A stretch of DNA of 64,000 nucleotides, taken from the NCBI GenBank assembly GCA_963769025.1, contig CAVYKI010000006.1:128001-192000 (forward strand), given 5' to 3'. Both the position numbers and the translations under genes were made by a program. The stretch comes from an uncultured Verrucomicrobiae bacterium. Its GTDB lineage: Bacteria > Verrucomicrobiota > Verrucomicrobiia > Chthoniobacterales > Chthoniobacteraceae. Shown one piece after another: positions 40,521 to 50,543 of this stretch (the first letter of the stretch is position 1; each line of letters starts with the position of its first letter). A model generated the notes under the pieces. It saw only the letters and a program-made list of their open reading frames with translations. It searched no databases and was not told where the DNA came from.

Positions 40521-41554
40521 CACCGCTGGTAGAGCGGGATGTAGTGCCACGGCATCGCGAGGATCGTCGTGTAGCACGCGGTCGCGTAGATGTTCCCGAC
40601 TTCGCGATCGTCCCAGGAGCATTGGTCGCCGCTTCGGCGCACCTTTGGGAGCAGTTCGCCCTTCATCAGATCGTACCAGCGCCGCCAAGTGTCGCCGCCA
40701 ATCATGTATTGCGCCGGGCCTGCGTAATTCGCGCCGTAGGTCCAGTGCCTGCGCTCGGTGCTGCGGGTGAAAAGGTAGTCGCTGCCGGGCTTCACGAGCG
40801 GGTCCTCGTAGTGGCCGCAGACCTGCAGCGAGTAGATCGCCGCCGCCGTCCGCGCAAAGCCCGCGCCCCATTGCCCGGCCTGATACGCAAAGCCGCCGCC
40901 GGGCACCGAGCAGCGTCGCACGTAATCCACCGCGTCATCGATCGTCTGCTGCGGAACGTCGAGGCCGGCATTTTTCGCCGCGCGCAACGCGACGACCTGC
41001 AGCACCGTGACCGAGATGTCCGCGTCGCCGGGGCGTGGCTGGTAGCGCCAGCCGCCCTTCGTGCGGTCGCGGTCGCTCTGCGTCGTGACGATGAGGCGGA
41101 TGGCCCGCTGCAGCTTCTCGCGGATGATCGGGTTCCGCGACTGCCCGTACAGCTCGCCGAGCGCGATGGTGGCGATGCCGTGGTTGTACATGTATTTCGA
41201 GCCATCGACGCCGCGGTAGGTGCCGTCCGCGCCGATGCTGTCGAGCAGGAATTCCAGCCCTGCCTTCACCTGCTTCGCGTACTCGCCTTCCTCCGGCAGA
41301 TTCCCCGTCGCCATGAAGGCCATCAGCACATAGCCCGTCATCGCAACGGGATGGTCCGCGCGCCGGTTGTCGCTCGCGTTCCAGGAACCGTTCACGTTCT
41401 GCTTGGTCGCCAGCCAGCGGAGCGCGCCGCGCAGGATTTCCTCCGTCGGCGCATCCACGACGACCGCGTCCTGCGTCGCGGGCTCCGCCGCGCGCGCGGG
41501 AAAAAGCGCGAGCGCGCCGAGCACGGCGGTCGCACACAATTTGCGGAGGGACAT
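40520..41554 (-). CDS. Exported prenyltransferase/squalene-oxidase-repeat protein
   Basis: Signal peptide; ALRWLATKQNVNGSW; MYNHGIATIAL; GGWRYQP...DISVT..Q..ALRAAKNAG; GGFAY. Confidence 0.82.
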   Translation of the reverse strand: MSLRKLCATAVLGALALFPARAAEPATQDAVVVDAPTEEILRGALRWLATKQNVNGSWNASDNRRADHPVAMTGYVLMAFMATGNLPEEGEYAKQVKAGLEFLLDSIGADGTYRGVDGSKYMYNHGIATIALGELYGQSRNPIIREKLQRAIRLIVTTQSDRDRTKGGWRYQPRPGDADISVTVLQVVALRAAKNAGLDVPQQTIDDAVDYVRRCSVPGGGFAYQAGQWGAGFARTAAAIYSLQVCGHYEDPLVKPGSDYLFTRSTERRHWTYGANYAGPAQYMIGGDTWRRWYDLMKGELLPKVRRSGDQCSWDDREVGNIYATACYTTILAMPWHYIPLYQR

Positions 41555-41653
41555 GCGGGCACGCTACACGCCACCGGCGCATCGGCCAGTCTCAAGTCCC
41601 GCCGGTGAACGCACGCTTGGCCGCGCGCCGCTTTGCGCTTATCGGTTCGCGCC

Positions 41654-43042
41654 ATGATTTCCTTCCTCCAGCGCACGCTCGCCGTTTTGTCCTGCTGCAC
41701 GCTCGCCGTCAGTGCCGCCGACTGGCCGGAATTTCTCGGGCCGAAGCGCGACGGGACCTCGCCGGAGACCGGGCTGCTCGATCGCTTTCCCGAGGGCGGT
41801 CCGCGCGTCGTCTGGCAAAAGGACACCGGCACAGGCTACGCGGTGCCGAGCGTGCGCGATGGCGTGCTCGTGCTGCACCACCGCACCGGCGGCGAGGAGA
41901 TCGTGGAGGCGATGGACGCCGCGACGGGTGCAGCGCTCTGGCGTCACAGCTATCCCAGCTCTTACCAGGATCCGTTCGGCTATAACAACGGCCCGCGTTG
42001 CGCGCCGCTGCTCACGGCAGACCGGTGCTACACGCTCGGCGCGGAAGGCGTGCTCAAGTGCCTCGATCTCAAGTCGGGCAAGCAGATCTGGCTGCGGGTG
42101 ACGCAGAATGATTTCGACCTGCCGCAGGCGTTCTTTGGCGTCGGCAGCTCGCCCGTTCTGGAGGATGGAAAACTGATCGTGCAGATTGGCGGGCAGCCGG
42201 ACTCCAACATCGTCGCATTCGACGCCGCGACCGGAAAGACCCTCTGGCAGAATGGCGGCGCGAAGACGTGGGATGGCGCGCTCATGCACGGCTGGCCGGG
42301 CGAGCCGTTTGTGCAGTGGAACGTGGGGCACCCCGCCTTTCAAAAAACCGCGAGCTACTGCACGCCGGTGCTCGCGACGATCCACGGACGCCGCCACGTC
42401 CTCACCGTCACGCGGCAGGGGCTCATCTCGCTCGATCCCGCGACCGGCGCGCACAATTTCTCCTTCTGGTTCCGCTCGCCGCGCGAGGAGACGGTGAACG
42501 CGATGACGCCCGTCGTGAAGGGCGACCTCATCCTCATTTCCTCCGCCTACTACCGCTCCGGTTCCGTGCTGCTGCGCGTGAAGCCCGACGGCAAGGGCGT
42601 GGACGAGGTCTGGCGCTCGATTGCTCTCGAAATGCACTGGTCGCAGCCGAGCCTCGTCGCGGGATACCTTTACGCCTTCAGCGGACGCAACGAGCCCGAT
42701 GCCGTTTTCCGCTGCGTGGAATTTGCGACCGGCACGGTGAAATGGGAACGCGACGAGCGCTGGCCGAACGCGAGCCACTCCAAGCTGCGCGCCGGCGAGG
42801 CACCACCGAACGTCTTCGGCCGCGGCTCGACGATTTACGCCGACGGCAAACTGTTCGCCCTCGGCGAAGCGGGCCTGCTCGGCCTTTTCAAACCGACCCC
42901 CGACAAGGTGGAGGAAATCTCCCGCTGGCAGGTCCCGGGCCTCACCTACCCGTGCTGGGGCAATCCCGTCCTCGCCGACCGCCGCCTCTTCCTCCGCAGC
43001 GAAGAGAAGCTCATCTGCCTCGACCTCGCCAAGAAGGAGTGA
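41654..43042 (+). CDS. PQQ-type beta-propeller exported protein
   Basis: Signal peptide; DWPEFLGPKRDG; GPRCAP; CLD..SG..W repeats; W..PVLA. Confidence 0.85.
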   Translation: MISFLQRTLAVLSCCTLAVSAADWPEFLGPKRDGTSPETGLLDRFPEGGPRVVWQKDTGTGYAVPSVRDGVLVLHHRTGGEEIVEAMDAATGAALWRHSYPSSYQDPFGYNNGPRCAPLLTADRCYTLGAEGVLKCLDLKSGKQIWLRVTQNDFDLPQAFFGVGSSPVLEDGKLIVQIGGQPDSNIVAFDAATGKTLWQNGGAKTWDGALMHGWPGEPFVQWNVGHPAFQKTASYCTPVLATIHGRRHVLTVTRQGLISLDPATGAHNFSFWFRSPREETVNAMTPVVKGDLILISSAYYRSGSVLLRVKPDGKGVDEVWRSIALEMHWSQPSLVAGYLYAFSGRNEPDAVFRCVEFATGTVKWERDERWPNASHSKLRAGEAPPNVFGRGSTIYADGKLFALGEAGLLGLFKPTPDKVEEISRWQVPGLTYPCWGNPVLADRRLFLRSEEKLICLDLAKKE

Positions 43043-43147
43043 GCCTCTGAAAGGCGCGGTGCGTTTGGCAGAACCGTCACTTTTTTCCCATCGCCGCGGA
43101 ACTGCGGACGCGTATCGTGAATGGCAACCTTCACGCAGCACTTTCCC

Positions 43148-44833
43148 ATGAAACGCAATTTCCCGCGCATTGCCGCCATTTCCCTTCTTGTGATGTCCGC
43201 AGTTTTGGCGGCGCGGATGCTCACTGCGCAGACCCGGCAGCCTTCCGGCGCTGTCGCGGCAGTGCAGTCGGTGCCGGTGGCGAAGGTTTTGCCGCCGCCG
43301 CCCCCGCCAACGAAGGAGGAAAGGCACCGCAAGAACACGGACGCATTTTTCGCCGGGCCCGTCGTGCATCTGGAGTTCAAGTTCAAGCCCGAGGAGTGGG
43401 AGAACCTGAAGAAGGACAACCGGCGCTACGCGGAGTGCACGATGATCGAGACCGCGCCGGACGGGACGAAGAAGGAATACAAGGATGTCGCGGTGAAGCT
43501 GAAGGGCGCGGCGGGGAGCTTCCAGGGGCCGGACCAGAAGCCGGGGCTGACCGTGAACCTGGACAAGTACAAGGGCGCGGAGCGGTATCACGGGATGGAG
43601 AAATTCCACCTGAACAACGGCGCGCAGGATGGGAGCCTGCTGAATGAGTTCATCGGCAGCGAGATGTCGCGCGCGGCGAAGGTGCCGGCGTCGCGCTGCA
43701 CGCATGTGGTGGTGAAATGGAACGGGCGCGACACGGGGCTGTATCTTTTCAAGGAGAGCTTCACGAAGGATTTCCTGAGCTACTTCTACGAGAAGACGGA
43801 CGGCTCGCTCTACGATGGGCATTTCATCGCGGAGATCGACGGCGCCCTCGAGAAGCAGCAGGGCGGCGACAAGTCGGACACGCGCGACCTCAAGGAGCTC
43901 GCCGCGGCGTGCAAGGAGGGCGATCCGAAGGTGCGCTGGCAGAGAGTTTCCGAGCGGCTCGATGTGGACGAATACCTGCGGAGCCTCGCGATGGAGACGT
44001 TCCTCGCGCACTGGGACGGATACAATTTCAACCGCAACAACTACCGCGTCTATTTTGATCCGAAGACGGGGAAGGCGAATTTTTTCATCCACGGGATCGA
44101 CCAGATCTACGGCGATGCGAACTGGCCCGTGATGCGCGATCCCGGCTCGCTCGTCGGGCAGGCGGTGTGGAGCAATCCGGAGTGGAAGGCGCAGTACCTG
44201 AAGGTCGCGAAGGAAATCTACGAGAAGGTGCTGAAGCCGGTGGATTGGGAGGCGCGCATCACCGCGCAGGGGCAGAAAATCACGGAAGGCCTCGCGCGGA
44301 CGAATCCGCAGTGGGCGAAGGATTACCAGGGACACATCAATGGCGCGCGCAGCCGTGTGGCGGCGCGGCTGGCGTCGATCGGGAAGCAGTTTGGCGACAT
44401 GCCGAAGCCGATCGAATGGACGAATGACACCCTCAAGCTAGGGCCGAAGCAGTGGAACGCGCAGGGCGGCGGGGCGCTCGACGAGCAGAATGTGGACGGC
44501 AAGCATTGCCTCCACATCCGCGCGGATGGCGCAGCGAGCCCGTCGTGGCGGCGGAACATCGCCCTGCCGCCGGGACGCTATCGTTTCGAGGCGATGGTGA
44601 AGACGGCGGATGTCGCGGCCGGGGGCGACGCGAGCGGTGACGGAGCCGGGCTGCGCATCAGCGGCGGTACGCGGACGGGCGTGAACGGACTCACCGGCAA
44701 CGCCGCGTGGCAGAAGCTCGGTTTTGAGTTTGAGGCCGCTGGCGCGGAGGTGGTCCTGGTGGCCGAGCTGCGTGCGGCAAAGGGAGAGGCGTGGTTCCAG
44801 ACCGAGAGCCTGCAGATCGTGAAGATGAAGTAG
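43148..44833 (+). CDS. CotH kinase family protein with C-terminal beta-sandwich
   Basis: VKLKG..GSF, HLNNG.QD, SRCTH, GLY...E, HWDGY...NNYRVY, HG.DQ. Confidence 0.8.
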   Translation: MKRNFPRIAAISLLVMSAVLAARMLTAQTRQPSGAVAAVQSVPVAKVLPPPPPPTKEERHRKNTDAFFAGPVVHLEFKFKPEEWENLKKDNRRYAECTMIETAPDGTKKEYKDVAVKLKGAAGSFQGPDQKPGLTVNLDKYKGAERYHGMEKFHLNNGAQDGSLLNEFIGSEMSRAAKVPASRCTHVVVKWNGRDTGLYLFKESFTKDFLSYFYEKTDGSLYDGHFIAEIDGALEKQQGGDKSDTRDLKELAAACKEGDPKVRWQRVSERLDVDEYLRSLAMETFLAHWDGYNFNRNNYRVYFDPKTGKANFFIHGIDQIYGDANWPVMRDPGSLVGQAVWSNPEWKAQYLKVAKEIYEKVLKPVDWEARITAQGQKITEGLARTNPQWAKDYQGHINGARSRVAARLASIGKQFGDMPKPIEWTNDTLKLGPKQWNAQGGGALDEQNVDGKHCLHIRADGAASPSWRRNIALPPGRYRFEAMVKTADVAAGGDASGDGAGLRISGGTRTGVNGLTGNAAWQKLGFEFEAAGAEVVLVAELRAAKGEAWFQTESLQIVKMK

Positions 44834-44850
44834 GACTTCTACGGTCCCTC

Positions 44851-45054
44851 ATGAATCCCCGCATCGTCAAATTCGCCCTGCTGTTTGGGTTTTGGCTGCT
44901 CGGCGTCATCCTTGGCGCGGGCTTGGTGGATTTGCTTTGGGCGCGGCGGGACGGCGACAGCATCCGCAGTCTCACCATGAATCTCGGTGTGCTGCTCCTT
45001 GCGACCGTGGTCCTTTTCGCCGTCGCGCTCAGGAAGCCGAAATCCGGCCAGTAA
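44851..45054 (+). CDS. Small two-TM hypothetical protein
   Basis: Two hydrophobic helices; ATG 17 nt after the CotH stop. Confidence 0.5.
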   Translation: MNPRIVKFALLFGFWLLGVILGAGLVDLLWARRDGDSIRSLTMNLGVLLLATVVLFAVALRKPKSGQ

Positions 45055-45075
45055 GTTTCCGGTGCGCGATCGGTA

Positions 45076-45162
45076 TCAAGCGCAGGGAGGCAGAAAAACG
45101 GAACGGAAAGGCAGATTTTGCTTAATCGCCATCCCCCGCGTCTCTGCGTCTCTGCGATTGAA
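45076..45162. repeat. Degenerate copy of the 8-mer-arm inverted-repeat element
   Basis: Left TCAAG-CGCAGGGA-GGCAGAAA; right arm reverse-complemented TTCAAT-CGCAGAGA-CGCAGAGA-CGCGG. Confidence 0.5.
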
Positions 45163-45235
45163 GACCACGCAGGGAAGCGAGGCTGATGCGGAGGCTCTGC
45201 TTGCGCGGCTGCGCGGGCATGCGCATCGTGGCCGG

Positions 45236-48200
45236 ATGTTTCTCCGACCCCTGCTCCTGCTTGCAATTCTTTCGGTGCCCGGCTTCGCCGCGGATGGTGA
45301 TGCCGCGAAAGAGACGCGCTTTTTGAAGAACACGCGGCAGCTCATCTACGAGGGAAAGCGGAGCGGCGAGGGATACTTTCAGCCCGGATGGAAATCGGAT
45401 CATTTTCCAGAGCGAGCGCGAGGAGGGGAATCCATTCTACCAGATCTACTCGCTCGATCTGGAAAGCGGGCGACTCGACGCGCGTTTCGCCGGGGATGGG
45501 AAAGACGACGTGCGCGTTTTTCCAGCCGCGGCACGTCGCGGGTGCTCTTTGCCTCGCACGCACGACGATCCGGAGACGGCGGCGAAGCAGAAGGCGGAGC
45601 TCGATTTCCGCGCGAGCGGGAAGCAGCGGCGCTACTCGTGGGATTACGACGCGACGATGGAGATCTATTCGTGCAACGCGGACGGCACGGACATCGTGAA
45701 TCTCACGAAGGCGCCGGGCTACGACGCGGAGGGGGCGTTCTCGCCGGACGGGAAGCAGATCGTCTTCTGCTCGCTGCGCTCCGCATTTCCGCTCGGAAAA
45801 GCTCACGCCCGAGCAGCGCGCGCGCTTCGAAAAAGATCCGGCGTACTTGGGCGACATCTACATCATGAATGCCGACGGCTCGAACGTGCGCCGGCTCACG
45901 GAGGCGCCGGGCTACGATGGCGGGCCGTTTTTTTCGCCGGACGGGAAGCGGATCGTGTGGCGGCACTTCGATGAGAGCGGGATGATCGCGGACGTGTGGA
46001 CGATGAAGATGGACGGCAGCGACAAGCGGCGCATCACGGACTTCAAGAGCATGTCGTGGGCACCGTATTTTCACCCGAGCGGGAAGTATATCATCTTCAC
46101 GACGAACAAGCTCGGCTTCGAAAACTTCGAGCTGTTCATCGTCGATGCGGAGGGCGCGCGCGAGCCGGTGCGCGTGACGTTCACGCCGGGCTTCGACGGG
46201 CTGCCGGTCTTTTCGCCGGATGGGAAAAAGCTGTGCTGGACGAGCGGTCGGACGGGCGACGGGAAGTCGCAGCTCTTTCTTGCGGACTGGAACGACGCGG
46301 CGGCGCTGAAGGCGCTGGCGGAAGCTCCCGTGCGCGTGGCCTCGGTGGAGGAGCGGGTGCAGGCGCTCGAAGCATCCGTGAATTCCGTGGCGGCAACGCC
46401 GCCAGCGGCGACTCCGCTCGGCGGGGTGGTGGTTCATCCGCCGGCGGGATCGTTCACGCCGCCGAGTGTCGGTCCCATTCCGCTGAAGCCGGAAATTTCC
46501 GCCGACGACATGAAGCTGGAGGTCGGCCTCCTCGCCGACGAGCGGCACGCGGGCCGTGCGACGGGGAGCGACGGGCGCGAAGCTCGCCGCGGAGTGGTTG
46601 GCGCGATTATTTCAAAACGGCCGGTGCTGAAGCCGCTGCCTGGGCAGCAGTCGTTTTTCCTGCCGTTCGAGTTCAACGCGGGCGAGCGGCTCGTGCCGGA
46701 CAGGAATGCGCTGGCGGTGAACGGGACCGGGCTCGCGCTTGGACAAGGATTTCCGCCCGCTCGCCTTCAGCGACAACGGCGAGGCGGAGGGCGAGGTGGT
46801 CTTTGCCGGCTACGGCCTGAGCGTGCCGGAGGGCACGGGGCAGCAGCGCTACAACAGCTACGACGGGCTCGATGTGAAGGACAAGGTCGTGCTGCTCCTC
46901 CGCTACGTGCCGGAGGACGTGGAGCCCGCGCGCCGCGCGCAGCTCAATCGCTACGCGCGGCCTGCGCTACAAGGCGATGATGGCGCGCGAGCGCGGCGCA
47001 AAGGCGGTGCTCGTGGTGACGCGGGCCGAACTCGCCGAATGCCGGCGAACTTCTCCCGCTGACCGGCGACGGAAGCAGCGCGGGCAGCGGGCATCATCGC
47101 GGCGTCCATCAGCGGCGAGTCGCGGACGCGCTTGCTCGCGCCGAGCGGGAAAAATCTGAAGGATCTGCAGAACGGCGCTCGACACCGAAAATCCGCATGC
47201 GGAAGGCGGATTCGTGCTGCCGAAGGTGAAGGTGAAAATCGCCGTCGGCATCGAGCACATCAAGCAAGACGGATCGCAACGTCGTCGCGCTGCATGCCGC
47301 CGGCGGCGACGGACGAATACGATCGTCGTCGGCGCGCACTACGATCACCTCGGGCTCGGCAGCGGCAACTCTTCGCTGGCGCGCGCCGGCGAGGAGGAAA
47401 AGATCCATCCCGGCGCGGATGACAACGCCAGCGGCACCGCGGCCGTGATGGAACTCGCGGCGTCGCTTGCGCGCGGAGCGCGCGCGAGCCGGAAGCTCAA
47501 GCGCGGCATCATCTTCGCGCTCTGGAGCGGCGAGGAAATCGGGCTCATCGGCTCGCGCGGCCTTCGCCGAGAAGCCGCCGGTGCCGATCTCGAGAAGATC
47601 GTCGGCCTACATCAACTTCGACATGGTCGGCCGGCTGCGGGACAACAAGCTCACGCTGCAAGGCGTCGGCTCGTCGAAGGCTCTGGCGGCGGCTGCTCGA
47701 GAAGCGCAACGTCGCCGCGGGCTTCAACCTCGCGCTGCAGGAGGACCCGTATCTGCCGACCGACATCACGAGCTTCTATCCGAAGCGCATCCCGGTGCTG
47801 AATTTCTTCACCGGCGTCGCACGAGGATTACCACCGCCCGACGGACACCGCGGACAAGGTGAACTACGACGGCCTCGAGCGCATCGCGAAGTTCGCGCAG
47901 CGCCATCATCCGCGATGTCGCCAGCGCGCCGGAGCGGCCGGACTTTTCGCGCGTCGAGCGCAAGCGAGCAGGGCGGCGGGTCGCGCGACACGCTGCGCGC
48001 GTATCTCGGCACGCATCCCCGATTACACCACCGAGGTGAAAGGCGTGAAGCTCAGCGGCGTGCGCGGCGGCAGCCCGGCGGAGAAAGGCGGGCTGCAAGG
48101 CGGCGACGTGATCGTGGAATTTGGCGGCGCAGAAAATCGCGAACATCTACGACTACACCTACGCGCTCGACGCCGTGAAAATCGGCCAGCCCGGTGAAGG

Positions 48201-48262
48201 TGATCGTCGAGCGCGAAGGCAAGCGCGTCGAGCTGAGCGTGACGCCCGAGGCGCGGAAATAG
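45236..48262 (+). CDS. Exported M28 peptidase with TolB-like (PD40), PA and PDZ domains (many apparent frameshifts)
   Basis: SGEGYF, GYDAEG.FSPDG, GYDGGPFFSPDG, GFDGLPVFSPDG; VVFAGYG..DVKDKVV; GAHYDHLG, GADDNASG, SGEEIGL, NFDMVGR; PDZ GSPAEKGGLQGGDVI. Confidence 0.85.
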
Positions 48263-48479
48263 GCATCCGCGGCGGGTCTGGCCGCCTGTTTGTGTCGGTC
48301 GTGCGTGGCGCAGGTGAAAGCTGACGGCCGCGCCTACCGAGCCAGCACCCGCCATTGGCGGAGAATCCAGTTTTTCATCCGCGCGGCTGCTCGGGCTGGA
48401 AGGCTGATTTTATCAGCGTCCGGTGCGCGCGGGGCCCCCGGATGCCGCCACATGTTGGCGGCATGGAGGAAAAGGGCAG

Positions 48480-48517
48480 TTGACCCGCTTTCCGCGCAAC
48501 CCGTAACATCCGCGCCC
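48480..48517 (+). promoter_or_regulatory. Putative promoter of accBC
   Basis: TTGACC-N18-TAACAT-CCGCGCCC. Confidence 0.45.
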
Positions 48518-48537
48518 TACAACAACACCCTCACACC

Positions 48538-49002
48538 TTGGACTTAAAAGAAATCAAAGAGCTCATTGCGCTCATGAGGAAAAATGACCTCTCCGTCTTC
48601 AAAATGGAGAGCGAAGGATTCAAAATCACCCTGAAAAAGGGGAACGATTACCAGCCCGTCGTCCACACTTCGCACGCCGCCCCGCAGGTGGGCTATTCCG
48701 CCCCGGCGGCTGCGCCTGCCGCTCCGGCCCCGGCCGCAGCTCCCGCTGCGGCAGCGGATAAGCTGAAAGACATCAGCTCCCCGATGGTCGGCACTTACTA
48801 CGGGTCGCCGTCGCCGGATGCGCAGCCATACGTGAAAATCGGCCAGGAGGTGGACGAAAGCACCGTCGTCTGCATCATCGAGGCGATGAAAGTGATGAAC
48901 GAAATCCGGGCGGACGCGCGCGGCACCATCGTCGAGATCGTCGCGGAGAACGGCAAGCCCGTCCAGTTTGGCCAGGCACTTTTCCGCATCCAGCCGAAGT
49001 AA
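48538..49002 (+). CDS. accB: Acetyl-CoA carboxylase biotin carboxyl carrier protein
   Basis: TTG start DLKEIKELI; Ala/Pro linker; SPMVGT; IIEAMKVMNEI. Confidence 0.95.
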   Translation: MDLKEIKELIALMRKNDLSVFKMESEGFKITLKKGNDYQPVVHTSHAAPQVGYSAPAAAPAAPAPAAAPAAAADKLKDISSPMVGTYYGSPSPDAQPYVKIGQEVDESTVVCIIEAMKVMNEIRADARGTIVEIVAENGKPVQFGQALFRIQPK

Positions 49003-49100
49003 GGCACAGCAGTTGAGAGCGCGCCGCTGAGTGTCTGGAGGACCTCCTCCCTGACCGCAGCGTCCGAAAATCTCTCAGCCCTCAAGCTTCAACTCCCATC

Positions 49101-50470
49101 ATGTTCAAGAAAGTCCTCATCGCGAACCGCGGCGAAATCGCCCTGCGCGTCATCCGCGCCTGCAAGGAGCAGGGCATCAAGACCCTCGCCGTTTATTCCG
49201 AGGCCGACGTGGATTCGCTCCACGTGCAGCTCGCCGACGAGGCCATCTGCATCGGCCCCGGCCCGAGCAACCAGAGCTATCTGAAGATCGACCGCATCAT
49301 CAGCGCCGCGGAGGTCGGCGATGCGGATGCGATTCATCCCGGCTACGGCTTCCTGAGCGAAAACGCGCACTTCGCGGAGGTCTGCGCGAGCTGCAACATC
49401 AAGTTCATCGGGCCGCCGCCCGTCTGCCATCCGCTCGATGGGCGACAAGAACACCGCCCGCGACACCGCGCGGCGCGCCGGGATGCCCGTCACGCCCGGC
49501 AGCGACGGCATCGTCGAGAGCGAAAAGGACGCGATGGTGATTGCCCGCAAGCTCGGCTACCCGGTCATGATCAAGGCCACTGCCGGCGGCGGCGGCAAAG
49601 GCATGCGCCCCGCGCACAACGACGGCTCGCTCGTCCAGGGCTTCCGCGCCGCGCGCGCCGAGGCGGAAAAGGCGTTCGGCAACGGCGCCGTGTACATCGA
49701 GAAGCTCATCGAGAACCCGCACCACATCGAATTTCAGATCATGGCCGACATGCACGGCGACGTGGTCCACGTCGGCGAGCGCGATTGCTCCATGCAGCGG
49801 CGCAACCAGAAGATCATCGAGGAAACGCCGTCGCCGATCATGACGGACGCGATCCGCGAACGCATGGGCGCGGATTGCGTGAAGCTCGCCCGCGAGGTCG
49901 GCTACGTCGGCGCAGGCACCATCGAGTGCCTCATGGACAACAAGGGGAACTACTACTTCATGGAGATGAACACGCGCATCCAGGTGGAGCACTGCATCAC
50001 CGAGGAGGCCTACGGCGTGGATCTCGTGAAGGAGCAGATCAAGATCGCCGCAGGCGAGCCGCTCTCGCATTTCGTGCAGCACGCGAAGCGGAAGTACCAC
50101 GCCATCGAGTGCCGCGTGAATGCCGAGGATCCCTATCAACAATTTCCAGCCCTCGCCGGGCCGCATCGACCTCTATTACGCGCCGGGCGGACGCGGCGTG
50201 CGCATCGACAGCCACGCCTACGCGGGCTACACGGTGCCGCCGTATTACGACTCGATGATCGCGAAGGTCATCGCCATGGGCACCACGCGCGACAACGCCA
50301 TCGCCCGCATGCGCCGCGCGCTCAGCGAATACATCATCCGCGGCGTGAAGACGACGATCCCTTTCCAGCAGACGATCATGCACGACCCGGATTTCGTCCG
50401 TGGAAAATACGACACGAGCTTCGTCGGCAAGATGATCGAGGCGCGCAGCGGGGAGTTCCGGAAGCAATAG
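49101..50470 (+). CDS. accC: Biotin carboxylase (two apparent frameshifts)
   Basis: [61 protein letters not shown]. Confidence 0.95.
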
Positions 50471-50485
50471 GCGCCGGCTTCGGCT

Positions 50486-50543
50486 GCGGCGCGGGCAATC
50501 CTGCCCGCGGAGGCTGGCGCGCGGACAGGATTGCGCGCGTTAC
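50486..50543. repeat. REP-like inverted pair between convergent accC and the glcF-like gene
   Basis: GCGGCGCGGGCAATCCTGCCCGCG ... CGCGGACAGGATTGCGCGCGTTAC. Confidence 0.55.

Noticed and set aside
37456..41554. Hopanoid/sterol biosynthesis cluster
   Set aside because: Proteins are about half the size of SHC, have signal peptides, lack DXDD, and no hpn genes are adjacent.
48700..48760. Repetitive GC-rich tract in accB
   Set aside because: Encodes the normal Ala/Pro linker of BCCP.
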